Below, piece after piece: positions 37,552 through 49,860 of a stretch of 64,000 nt of DNA. Every line of letters starts with the position of its first letter. The first letter of the stretch is position 1. The notes beneath the pieces were generated by a model. It made no database searches. It was not told the DNA's origin and saw only the letters and a program-made list of their open reading frames with translations. The stretch covers positions 12,896,001-12,960,000 of the forward strand of contig CM059432.1 of the NCBI GenBank assembly GCA_030390025.1, written 5' to 3'. Source of the DNA: Squalus acanthias. Taxonomy: Eukaryota. Made by a program: the position numbers and the translations under genes.

Positions 37552-39320
37552 AGGCTGGATTTTCCCTGCGGAGACGGGATGGTGGCGGGAGAGCTGGTTG
37601 GCGGTTTCCGGTCCCGCTCCCGTCTGCAGCCGCTCTCTGAAATTATTTTCCGTAGATTGGCCTTGTTGAGCCGCCCTGCGGGGTTCCCGGCCAATTAACA
37701 GGAAGCGGGTCTAATGACGTCATTTGATGATGGTCATCAGCTGGTTTCCTTAAAGGGACCATGGCCACATTGATTTTGACAGTTCTGCTGTCAGTGTTCT
37801 ACAGCATTGAGGTGCTGCAAACACTGACAAGCACTGCACAAAGGTGGACAGCTGCACCCAGGCTCTCCCATGACTCCCTCCATATGCTTATGGAGAGAGT
37901 CACAGCACGCAGGGAGTTCTCTTCCTTTCCCATCAGCGGAAGAGACCTCCCCAGGAGACCAACGCAGTCTGGTTGCACATTACACAGGAGGACACAAGCA
38001 GGATGTCGTCAGGAGTGTCTGGCCGCAGTGGCTCCAACCTTTCAATGATCTCAGTAGATCACAAAATGTTACTGCAAAGCCACACTCAAACTCACCCTGC
38101 TGTGCCCCTCATCACATCCCCATCATTCTGTCTTCCATACCCTACTCCTGCACATCCTTACTCACACCAACTTACCTTGCACCTCCACCCATCCCTCTCT
38201 ATCTACATTATCACTTCCCCATCTCACTAGCCAACCCTCACACTCACCCTCATCCTACTGCAAGCATACGAACTAACAACACACAAGAGTAGGTGCCTGG
38301 GTGGTTTAGCCAATGTTCATGTGAAGTTTCTGGTAAGGTGTTGTCATACAGTGAAATCTATATTTTCAACACTTCAACTTATTGGACAGATCTGCGCGCA
38401 CCTTGAGATGTGTCTTACTGAGTTCTAGTGAATGTTGAGACATAACTTCCCGCCCCGCTATAATGATGAGTGTGAAAGGAATGGCTTGGACATTATAGGG
38501 ATGCTTTACGGTGCTGGTGTGGGATGGTATCAACCTGGCGCATCATGTGGCAGCCAGGGTTTACAGCATCAAGTGAAGTAAATCTGGCCATGGTAATGCC
38601 ATCGCTGGCCTCCCGGGCAGCAATGTTGTCAGGGGATGATGTCCTGTGCAGCATCAGGTGATGGCAGAGAAGGTTGGTGATGTTGTTGGTGATGTTGGTG
38701 TGCCTGGTGATGTTGGGGCTGATCGTGGAAGGATTCAGGGGACCAAGGTGTGATTTTTTCAAGGGCACCGATGTTGCTGGAATAGATGGCAGCTGCAGGT
38801 GAGATGACAGAAGCGATCTGTCAATGGAGAGAGAGGTTGTTCCAATGTGGTGGCACTGGACATACAGTTGGCTCTAAACACTTGCAAGCTAAAGAAATCT
38901 CTATATGTTTTACAAATGCAGTAACCAACAGTTTCTGAGCTCTGGAACTGAACAGCTGCAACATGGTATCCTTCATACCAGTTCTGCAGCTGTCAGGTTA
39001 TCAGATAAATCAAAGCAGACAACTCACGACAGGGTGAGCTGGCGTGTTCCCCGAGCAGCGGGTAACCCGTGGGGGAGCACGTAAAATTACACGGTAGGCT
39101 CAAAATAGCATTAAATTGGCTGTTAACAAGCCATTTAATGATCTAAATTGTCTCCCCCGCCTCTTGGTGTCGAGTCAGTTCTACGCAGACAGACCTGACA
39201 CCTGGGAGACTGGCGTGGAGGCGGGGTGACAGCAGGTTTCCTACCCGCTGTCAATCTTTGCTATTTTGACAGCGGACACGCCTCTAAACCCGCCCTCTGA
39301 GCGCTGGCAAAATCCAGCCC
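37552..39320. mobile_element. Harbinger (PIF/Harbinger) internal-deletion derivative, 1.77 kb
   Basis: TIRs aggctggatttt / aaaatccagccc, TSD AAA, a Myb/SANT-like remnant on + and a possible transposase C-terminus on -. Confidence 0.88.
37845..38070 (+). pseudogene. Frameshifted Myb/SANT-like DNA-binding domain of Harbinger
   Basis: Read across three frames: AAPRLSHDSLHMLMERVTARREF / KRPPQETNAVWLHITQEDTSR / DVVRSVWPQWLQPFNDLSRS, which fits a trihelix Myb/SANT pattern. Confidence 0.7.
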
Positions 39321-39871
39321 AAAGTATTTGTTTAATTTCACTGCCATTTCCTTATTCCCCATTATAATTTCTCCTGTCTCAGCCTGTAAGGGATCCACGT
39401 TTACTTTCGCTAATCTCTTCCTTTTTACATACCTATAGAAGCTTTTACAGTTTGTTTTTATGTCTCTCGCTAGTTTACTCTCATATTCTATTTTCCCTTT
39501 CTTTATCAATTTCTTGGTCCTCCTTTGCGGAATTCTAAAATCCTCCCAATCCTCAAGCTTACTATTCTTTTTGGCAACATTATAAGCTTCTTCCTTTAAT
39601 CTAATACTAGCTTTAATTTCTCTTGTTAGTCATGGTTGGACCATTTTTGCCATGGTGTTTTTATTCCTTACGGGAATGTATATTCATTGCAAATTATGAT
39701 TTATTTCTTTAAATGTTTGCCATTGCTTTTCTACTGTCATATCTTTTAATCTAGTTTCCCAACCTAACTTAGCCAACTCGCCTCTCATACCTACGTAGTT
39801 TGCTTTGTTCAAGTTTAGGACCCTAGTTTCGGACTTAACTAAATCACTCAACATAAAATGTTATCATATTA

Positions 39872-42800
39872 TTCGTGGTCCATGTCGGTACCAATGACAT
39901 AGGTAGAAAGAAGGATGAGGTCCTGCAGGCAGAGTTTAGGGAGCTAGGAAAGAGATTAAAAAGCAGGACCTCAAAGGTAGTAATCTCCGGATTACTCCCA
40001 GTGCCACGTGCTAGTGTGTACAGAAATAGGAGGATAGAGCCAATGATATTGCATGGCTGGAGAGATGGTGCAGGTGGGAGGGCTTTAGATTCCTGAGGCA
40101 TTGAGACCGTTTCTGGGGGAGGTGGGACCTGTACAAGCTGGATGGGTTGCACCTCAACAGAGCCAGGACAAATATCTTTGCGGGGGGCTTTGCCAATGCT
40201 GTTTGGGCGGCGGGGGGGGGGGTTTAAACTAGCTTGGCAGGGGGATGGGAACCTGAGAATAGATTCAGAAGGGAGCGAAGCAAAGCTGAAATTAGAAAGC
40301 AGAAAAGTAGAAAGTGAATTTGGAAGACAGAGGAAGCAAGGGCTAGAAAATAGACAACAAGGGAGTTTGGCAGTGATAATGCAAGGAGTCTAGGGAATAA
40401 GGCAGATGAGCTGAGAGCACAGATAGAAACTTGGGAGTATGATATTATAGCTATTACTGAGACATGGCTGAAAGAAGGGCAGGTATGGCAGCTCAACATT
40501 CCTGGTTACAGGGTTTTCAGACGAGATAGAGAGGGGGTAAAAAAGGAGGGGGGTGTCGCAGTATTGATTAAAGAAACAATTACAACTGTGAGGAGGAATG
40601 ATTTGTTAGAAGGATCATCAAATGAGGCCATATGGGTTGAATTGAAGAACAAAAAAGGGGTAATCACACTGCTGGGAGTGTACTATAGACCCCCAAACAG
40701 TCAGAGGGAGATAGAAGAGCAAATATGTAGGCAAATTTCTGAGAAACATAGAAACATTGGAAAATAGGAGCAGGAGTAGGCCATTCGGCCCTTCGAGCCT
40801 GCTCCGCCATTCAATATGATCATGGCTGATCCTCTATCTCAATACCATATTCCCGTTCTCTCCCCATACCCCTTGATGCCTTTTGTGTCTAGAAATCTAT
40901 CTATCTCCTTCTTAAATATATTCAGTGACTTGGCCTCCACAGCCTTCTGTGGTAGAGAATTCCACAGGTTCACCACCCTCTGAGTGAAGAAATTTCTCCT
41001 CATCTCAGTCCTAAATGTCCTACCCCGTATCCTGAGACTGTGACCCCCTCGTTCTAGACCCCCCCAGCCAGGGGAAACATCCTCCCTGCATCCAGTCTGT
41101 CTAGCCCTGTCAGAATTTTATACGTTTCAATGAGATCCCCTCTCATTCTTCTAAACTCTAGTGAATACAGGCCTAGTCGACCCAATCTCTCCTCATACAC
41201 CGGTCCTGCCATCCCAGGAATCAGTCTGGTGAACCTTCGCTACACTCCCTCTATGGCAAGTATATCCTTTCTTAGGTAAGGAGACCAAAACTGCGCACAG
41301 TACTCCAGGTGTGGTCTCACCAAGGCCCTGTATAACTGTAGTAAGACATTCTTGCTCCTGTACTCAAATCCTCTTGCAATGAAGGCCAACATACCATTTA
41401 CCTTCCTAACTGCTTGCTGCATCTGCATGTTTGCTTTCAGTGACTGGTGTACAAGAAGTGCAAAAACTATAGGGCAGTAATAGTAGGGGATTTCATCTAC
41501 CCTAATTAAACTGGGTTAAAATTAGTGTGAAAGGTATAGAGGGTGCGGAATTCCTAAAATGCATTCAGGAGAACTTTTTTAGCCAGTATGTAACAAGCCC
41601 AACAAGGGAGGGGGCGGTTCTGGACTTAGTTTAAGGGAATGAAGCTGGGAAAGTGGAAGGAGTATCAGTGGGAGAGCATTTTGGTGCTAGTGACCATAAT
41701 TCACTTATATTAAAGGTAGTTATGGAAAAGGACAAAGATAGACCAGGAATAAAATTTCTTAATTGGAGAAAAGCCAATTTTGCTAAGCTGAGATTGGATT
41801 TAGTCAAAGTGGACTGGAAACAGCTACTTGAAGGTAAAACAGTTATCAGAACAGTGGGAGGCATTCAAGGAAGAGATCCTGAGGGTTCAAAGCAACTATG
41901 TTCCCTTAAAGAAAAAGGGTGGGACTTACAAATCTAGAGCTCCCCTGGATGTCAAGGGACATACAGGGTAGGATAAAGAAAAACAAGGGAGGCTTATGAG
42001 AGATACCGAGGGCTCAATACTGCAGAAACTGTAGAGGACTTTGGAAAGTGCAGGGGTGCAATTAATAAGGAAATTAGGAAAGCAAAGAGAGATCATGAAA
42101 ACATTTTGGCAAGTAAAATCAAGGAAAACCCAAAGATGTTTTATAAATACATTAAGAGCAAGAGGATAACTAAAGAAAGAGTAGGGCCTATTAGAGACCA
42201 TAAAGGTAATCTGTGTGTGGAGGCGGAAGACGTGGGTATAGTTCTTAATGAATAGTTTGCATCTGTTTTCACAAAAGAGAGGGACAACACAGACATTGCA
42301 ATCAGGGAGGAGGAGTGTGAAATATTAGATGAAATAAACATAGTGAGAGAGGAAGTAGTAAGGGGCTTAGCAGCTTTGAAAGTGGATAAATCCCAGGCCC
42401 AGATGAAATGTATCTCTGGCTTTTAAGAGAAGCAAAAGAGGAAATAGCAGTGGCCCTGACCATCATTTTCCAATCCTCCCTGGCTACAGGTATGGTGCCG
42501 GAGGACTGGAGGACTGCAAATATTGTACCTTTGTTTAAAAAAGGAGAAAGGGATAGACCGAGTAATTATAGGCCAGTCAGCCTAACCTCAGTGGGGGAAA
42601 ATTATTGGAAAAAGTTCTGAGGGACAGGATAAATCTTCATTTAGAAAGACACGGATTAATCAAGGATAGTCAGCATGGATTTGTTAAGGGAAGGTCATGT
42701 CTGACTAACTTGACTGAATTTTTTGAGGAGGTAACAAGGAGGGACGATGAGGGTAGTGCGTTTGATGTAGTGTATATGGATTTTAGCAAGGCTTTTGATA

Positions 42801-44101
42801 AGGTCCCACATGGCAGACTGGTCATGAAAGTAAAAGCCCATGTGATCCAGGCCAAAGTGGCAAGTTGGATCCAAAATTGGCTCAGAGGCAGGAAGCAAAG
42901 GGTAATGGTTGATGGGTGTTTTTGTGACTGGAAGGCTGTTTCCAGTGGGGTTCCACAGGGCTCAGTACTAGGGTCCTTGCTTTTGTGGTATATATCAATG
43001 ATTTAGACATGATGTAGGGGGTATGATTAAGAAGTTTGCAGATGATACTGTAATTGGCCGTGTGGTTGATAATGAAGAAGAAAGCTGTAGACTGCAGGAA
43101 GATATCAATAAATTGGTCAGGTGGGCAGAACAGTGGCAAATGGAATTCAATCTGGAGAAGTGTGAGGTAATGCATTTGGGGAGGGCTAACAAGGCAAGGG
43201 AATACACTATAAATAGTAGGACACAGTAATGTAGAGGAACAAAGGGACCTTGGTGTGCATGTCCACAGCTCCCTGAAGGTAGCAGGCCAAGTAGATAAGG
43301 TGGTTAAGAAGGCATACGGAATACTTGCCTTTATTAGCTGAGGCATAGAATACAAGTGCAGGGGGGTTATGCTTCAACTGTATAAAACACTAAGTTAGGC
43401 CACAGCTAGGGTATTGCGTGCAGTTCTGGTCACCATATTACAGGAAAGATGTGACTGCACTGGAGGGGATACAGAGGAGATTTACAAGGATGTTGGCTGG
43501 AGTCATAGTCATAGAATCATTGAGTCATAACGGCACAGAAGGAGGCCATTCGGCCCATCGAGTCCATGCCGGCTCTCTGTGGAGCAATCCAGTCAGTCCC
43601 ATTCCCCCCTCTAGCCCCGTAGCCCTGCAAGTTTATTTCCCGCAAGTGCCTATCCAATGGACTGGAGAATTTTAGCTACAAGGAAAGATTGGATAGGCTG
43701 GGTTTGTTTTCTATGGAACAGAGGAGGCTGAGGAAAGACCATTTTGAAGTGTATAAAATTATGAGGGGCCTAGATAGTGTGGATAGCAAGGACCCCTTAG
43801 CAGAGGGGTCAACAACCAGGGGACATAGATTTAAAGTAATTGGTCGGAGGTTTAGAGGGGATTTGAGGAGAAATTTCTTCACCCAGAGGGTGGTGGGGGT
43901 CTGGAACTCACTGCCTGAAGGGTGCTAGAGGCAGAGACCCTCATCACATTTAAAAAGTACTTGGATGTGCACTTGGGATGCTGTAACCTACAGGGCTACG
44001 GACCAATAGCTGGGAAGTGGGATTAGGCTGGATAGCTCTTTGTCAGCTGGCGCGGACACGATGGGCTGAATGGCCTCCTTCTGTGCTGTAAATTTCTATG
44101 A
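39872..44101 (+). mobile_element. 5'-truncated CR1 nested in the minus-strand CR1
   Basis: VHVGTNDIG esterase, YYRPP endonuclease, [11 protein letters not shown] and KFADD, 3' UTR. The host reads through tcatattat|gatcactg on removal. An inverted CR1 tail fragment lies at about 43502-43660. Confidence 0.92.
40744..41455 (-). mobile_element. Young CR1 3' end nested at third level
   Basis: The host tttctgagaagtgcaaaaac is restored on removal. Near-identical to 30921-31619. Confidence 0.92.
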
Positions 44102-46224
44102 TCACTGCTTCCCAGAGACTCCTTTACTACAAGGCTATTAATTAACCCTGTCTCATTGCACAGTACTAGATCTAAAATAGCCAATTCCCTCGTAGGTTCC
44201 TTGACATACTGATCTAGAAAACCATCTTAAATACATTCCATTAACTCTTCTTCTGCACTATTTCTGCAAATTTTGTTTGCCCAGTCTATATGAAAGTTAA
44301 AGTCCCCCATGATTACTGTATTACCTTTGTTACATGCATCTCTAATTTCCTGATTTATACTCTGCCCGACACTACAACCACTGTTAGGGGGCCTATAGAC
44401 TACTCCCCACTAGTGTTTTCTGCCCCTTGTTGTTTCTTAGCTCCACCCAAACTGATTCTACATTTTGTTTTTCCGAGCCAACATCCTTTCTCTCTACTGT
44501 CTTTATCCCATCCTTTATTATTAGTGCTGCCCTTCCTCCTTTTCCATTCTGTCTGTCTCTTCTAAAAGTCAAATATCCTGGAATATTTTGTTCCCAACCT
44601 TGGTCACTCTGCAACCACGTCTCTGTAATGGCTATTAGATCAAACCCATTTATTTCTATCTGCATTATTAATTAATCTATTTTGTTGTGAATGCTTCATG
44701 CATTCAGATATAGTACCTTTAGCTTTAACTTTTTCCTATTTTTCCCTGATGTCACTTTAATCACTAATGCCCTATTACCTTTATTAATCTTTCTGCCCCT
44801 TCCTGACCCATTCTGCTTATCTTTACCCAGATCACTACTCTGCTCTACAGCCTTGACATGTCTCTTACTGCTTTTGAATTTACCCTTTCCTGAATCTTCC
44901 CACCCCCCCTTCATTAGTTTAAAGCCCTATCTACCTGCCCTAGTTATTCGATTCACCGGGACACTGGTCCCAGCCCAGTTTAAGTGGAGCCTGTCCCCAC
45001 GGAACAGCTCCCTCTTTCCCCAGTACTGGTGCCAGTGCCCCATGAATTGAAACCCCTGCCTTACACACAATTCTTTGAGCCACGCGTTTAACTTTCTAAT
45101 TTGTTTGTCCCTATGCCAATCCAGAGATTATTACCTGTGAGGTTCTGCGTTTTAATTTCGACCCTAGTTCCTCAAACTCTCTCAGCAGAACCTCATTCCT
45201 AGTTCTACCTATGTTGTTGGTTCCTACATGGACCACGACAACTGGATCATCCCCCTCCCACTCCAAGTTCTTCTCCAGCTGCGAGGAGACATCCTTTACC
45301 CTGGCACCAGGCAAGCAACACAACCTTCGGAACTCCCGGTCGCAGCTGCAGTGAATAGTATCTATCCCTCTGACTATACTGTCCCCTACCACTACCACAT
45401 TCCTTTTCACTCACCCCACTTGAATGGCCTCCTGCACCATGGTGCCATGGTCAGTTTGCTCATCCACCCTGCAGTCCTTGTTCTCATCCCCCACAGGTAG
45501 CAAGTATCTCATACCTGTTGGCCAAAGTCAAGGGCCGAGGCTCCTCCATCACTACATCCTGGGTCCCCATACCTTCGTGACTCACGGTCACACCCTCCTG
45601 TCCCTGACCATTGACTAACTCTAAAGTACTATTTAATCTAAGGGGTGTGACTGCCTCCTGGAACAAAGTGTCCAGGTAACTCTCCCCCTCCCTGATGCCC
45701 CGCAATGTCTGCACCTAGTACTCCAGCTCAATAACTCTGAGCCGAAGTTCCTTGAGCTGCAGACACTTACTGCAGATGTGGTTGCTCAGGATCTCGCTGG
45801 TCTCCACAAACTCCCACATGCTGCAGTTATGGCACACCACCTGCCCTGCCATCTCTATCTAACCTTCTATATTTATTTCATTAGTTAATTAATTATTATT
45901 ATTATTTTTTCAATCAATGATTTTAGTTTTATTAATTAATTGGTTTATCTAGCTCAAGTTACTTATTCAGTAAAGTAAAATAATAGCAAGTTACAGTTTC
46001 CTAGCTCTGAGTTTAACCCACTTCCCTAGCTTAGAGGCTAAAAAAACTGTAATACTCACCAACCAATCATCTACCTGCTGCCCTGTGATGTCACTCCTTC
46101 ATTTTTTTCTGTTCTGAAGGTTCCTCACGCTGCCTCTCTCCTTGTAGCACCGCCACCGTCGCCGCTCTCTGCTGTTGAAGGATTCTTCAGCAAATTTGAG
46201 AGTAAAATGATTACGTTGCTGTAT

Positions 46225-46990
46225 GTTCATCGGTGTTGTTTCTGACTCCATCCCTCTCCCTAACATCTATCTGAGGCTGAACCACATTGTTCGCAACCTT
46301 GGTATCATATTTGAACTTGAAATGAGCTTCCGACCACACATCCGTGGCATAACTAAGACCGCCTATTTCCACCTCCGTAACATCGCCCGTCTCCGTCCTT
46401 GCCTCAGCTCATCCACTGCTGTAACCCTCATCCATGTTTTTGTTACCTCTAGACTTGACTATTCCAATACTCGGAGCTCTACTCGGAGCTCCGGCACAGC
46501 AAGAGAGCCCCAGGTGGGCAGAGGAAACGCTTCACGGACACCCTCAAAGCCTCCTTGAAAAAGTGTAATATCCCCACCGACACCTGGGAATCCCTGGCCC
46601 AAGACCGCACAAAGTGGAGGAGAAGCATCCGGGAAGGCACCGAACACCTCGAGTCTCTTCGCCAGGAGCAAGCGGAAGCCAAGCGCAGGCAGCGCAAAGA
46701 GCGCACATCAACCCAAGCACCCCACCCACCCGCCCCTTCAACCACCGTCTGCCTCACCTGTGACAGAGACTGTAGGTCCCGCATTGGACTCATCAGTCAC
46801 CTGCAAACTCATTTTTAATGTGGAAGCAAGTCATCCTCAGTTCTGAGGGACTGCCTAAGAAGAAGAAGACACTCCTAGCTAGCCTCCCACGTTCTACCCT
46901 ACGTAAACTTGAGGTCATCCAAAACTCGGCTGCCCGTGTCCTAACTCTCACCAAGTCCCGTTCACCCATCACCCCTGTGCTTACTGACCT
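46225..46990 (+). mobile_element. L2 LINE fragment split by an RTE
   Basis: VRNLGIIF..AYFHLRNIARLRP..LIHVFVTSRLDYSN, then KLEVIQNSAARVLT..ITPVL. Confidence 0.9.
46473..46868 (+). mobile_element. RTE-clade LINE 3' fragment
   Basis: Highly similar to 34945-35320, with an (AAG)n tail and a candidate TSD atactc/acactc. Confidence 0.9.
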
Positions 46991-47311
46991 CCTCGCTCCC
47001 TTTCAAGTACTTGGCATGTTTTTAAGTATTTAAATTGCTAATGTGGCAACATGGCATTATCATTCCATGTGCAGATGCTGTAGTTCAAAGTCCTTCAGAT
47101 CTGATACGGAGAACTAGTGAGCACTGATAAACTGAAGTCATCATTCCACTCTCCTCAAAGTTGGTGTTGCCAAGTGGAGGGACTGTGCCATTGTTCTGGG
47201 GGGAGTTTCTTGGGTAGTTTCAGCTCTTCGAATATCCTGTGCTAAAACCCTGCCATCATTACCAGTTGGGAAAGTTTCACACAGCCGCAAATTCTGCCTG
47301 ACAAAGTTCAA

Positions 47312-48032
47312 GGGGGAAAAATTCGGTGTCGCCCCTTTTGAGGCGCTAACGTTGCCAGGGCGCTAATTTTAGCGCCCCGAAAAAATTAGCCCCCCTCGCC
47401 TGAAATGCAGTTATAGCGCCCCAAGCAGGAGGTGGTGCGCTACTGGAAGCACTCCACCTCCTTCTTGGGGAGCTACAACTGAATATTGTGGCGCTACGTG
47501 CAACAGCGCCACACACGTCGGCACGTAGCACCGCTTCATTGCAGGCCTCCCTCCCCTGTGCTGTGCGCACCGGGGCCTTGCTAGACCACCGGGGAGCAGG
47601 GTGCTGGGAAAGCAGCCCGGCACGCAAGAGGAGTGCCAGGCTGAGCAATCATGGCCGGCATCCTGAAGAAAAAAGGGGAAGGGGGCAGGTGCTGGCAGTC
47701 GGCCAAAATTAAAAATGGCCACCCGACTCCTGCCCTTTAAGTTGAGCCGCCGCGGCTGCAAAAACGCCACCCTGACCCTGTCAGACATATCGTCCAGCGA
47801 TAGGTCAGGGGGGCGCAACGCAAGGTTGCGTCCAGGGCGCTGCGCACAGCGATGACATCATCACCGGCAGCGCAGTGCCGCGGGGTGCTATCGGCTACCG
47901 CCGCCGCAAACCTCCCGCTGAATTTCGCGGGTGGTGTTAGCGGTGCCCTGCCCGGGCGCTAGGGGATTTGCGCCCCGTTAGCGCCCCCCGGGGCCGCTAA
48001 CGAGGGGCACAAATCAACCCAATTTTTCCCCC
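47312..48032. mobile_element. Harbinger-type MITE, family C-related
   Basis: TIRs gggggaaaaatt / aatttttccccc, TSD CAA, gcgcc-rich ends. Confidence 0.88.
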
Positions 48033-48325
48033 CAAATGTTTCCCCAGCTTTTAATAAAAATGTATCTTTCTTTAATTTTTTTTAACTTTAATTTACTTTT
48101 GAATATGAAACAGAGGAAACAGAGAAAGTAGCTTTAGCTCCAAAAAAATCATCTCACATTCTTGCGTGATTGGCTTGGAAAATATTCACTTTTAGTAATG
48201 GAAAATGATAAGCCAAGATACACAGTTTGTTCTGTTGAATTCTTATCTCTGTTTGTTAGACCGGTTTTCTGCCATTCAGTGAATCAAGATTCAGTCGTGA
48301 AGAGTATGAGCCAGCATCATTAAGT

Positions 48326-49493
48326 TGTCAGCCATGGCTCTAAGTCAGAAGGTTGTGGGTTCAAGTCCCACTCCAGAGTCTTGAACACATAATCTAGACT
48401 GACACTTTAGTACAGTGCTGAGGGAGCGCTGCACTGTCAGAGGTGTTGTCTATCAGATGAGACGTTAAACCGAGGCCCTGTCTGCCCTTTAAGGTGGATG
48501 CAAAAGATCCCACGGTACTATTTCAAGAAGAGCAGGGGAGTTCACCCTGGTGTCCTGGCCAATATTTATCCCTCAAGCAACATCACTAAAACAGATTGGC
48601 CCAAAAATTAGTCCCGCGACGCGAGAGTACGCACTGTGTACTCTCGCGTATTCTGTCACCAATTGCCGGTTTTCTGCATGCACTGCGCATGCGCTGAAAA
48701 CCGGCACTTGGTTTTTGGAAAAGGGGGCGGTTCCTCGGTGCACCGCGTGCGCGCTACAGGCTGCGCGCACGCTGTGCACTTAGTGCTTTGGACGCGCAGG
48801 GAAGGACGGAAGATTTTAGAAATGAAAAAAGGAGGAGTAAGACCCACTTTTAACAAGGTAAGTAGTGAATTAAGTATTATTTTGAATTTTTTTTAACAGG
48901 TATATCTTTTTTAGAGACTTTAAAGACAGGTAAGTTTATTTTTATAACTTTTTAAAAGATTTTAAATTTTTTCAAAAATTTAATTTTTTATTTAAAATGG
49001 TTAATTTATTTAACTATACTTATTTTATTAATGTGATGGTTTTTTTTTAATTTAATTGAGGTTTAGCTGTTATTTTGGGGGTGTGTAAGATTCATAGCTT
49101 TCACAGCACGTATGTGAAACTTATGAATGGAAGATGGTGTGCTGCCATTGGCTCTAACTGAGTCACGTGATCCCACAGCTCGCACGAATTCACTACGCCG
49201 GTGGGATACGCAAGCACTGCCCAGCTGATGTCTGGAACATCAAGTTCGTGCGAGCTGGATCTGAAAAAGCCAACGCGGAGTGAGAGATCGCGGGGAAGCC
49301 TTACCCCCGCGTCAACACTCAGTCTTTAATTTCTGGGCCATTATGTCATCGCTGTTTGTGGGAGCTTGCTGTGCGCAAATTGGCTGCCATGTTAGCTACA
49401 TTACAACAGTGACTACACTTCAAATGGGCTGTAAAGCGCTTTAGGACATCCTGAGGTTGTGAAAGATGCTATATAAATGCAAGTCTTTCTTTC
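48326..49493 (+). mobile_element. Deu-domain tRNA SINE split by MITE A
   Basis: Head and core at 48326-48597, tail at 49340-49493. Confidence 0.9.
48598..49339. mobile_element. Harbinger-type MITE family A, copy 2
   Basis: TIRs ggcccaaaaatta / taatttctgggcc with TSD ATT. Confidence 0.92.
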
Positions 49494-49555
49494 AACATTA
49501 TACATTTGCTGTGGCACGTGCCCAAGGATATACGATGATACACCAACGTTACCAA

Positions 49556-49680
49556 AAGTAAAATACTGCAGATGCTGACAATCTGAAGAGTCATTGACCT
49601 GGAATGTTAACCCTACCTTCCTTCCGCCACAGATTCTGCCTGACCTGTCGAGCGTTTCCAGCATTTTCTGCTTTTATTTC
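49556..49680. mobile_element. Degenerate Penelope-type terminal remnant
   Basis: aaaatactgcagatgctg..ctgaagagtcattgacctggaatgttaac..cacagattctgcctgacctg..ttccagcatttt, homologous to 28073-29062. Confidence 0.55.
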
Positions 49681-49860
49681 GCCGGTGTAACTGCTGTATT
49701 CCATATTTATAAACGGGAACGGTCATATTGTAAGCTTTTCTTTCTTTTAAAAAAAATTCTTCTCTTAATTTTCTCCCTTCTTCTCCTGCAGGTGCTGACG
49801 CAGGTTGTGAACAGTCACCATCACTCCCTTACCTAGCCAAAGTTATCATGCTTTATATAT

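Larger units (their letters stand above)
35843..46190 (-). mobile_element. Full-length CR1 LINE split by nested insertions
   Basis: Tail at 35843, RT at 35944-37500, continuing at 39321-39871 and 44102-46190 (endonuclease IAITETW, esterase VVVGDSIVRG/HVGTN, 5' UTR). Confidence 0.9.

Noticed and set aside
30921..41455. Segmental duplication between 30921-31619 and 40744-41455
   Set aside because: Similarity is confined to the CR1 3' end and the flanks are unrelated, so these are independent insertions of a young subfamily.
47340..48030. CpG island promoter of a host gene (also 24372-25263 and 60667-61546)
   Set aside because: The CpG-rich sequence is bounded exactly by TIRs and TSDs, so it is transposon-derived.
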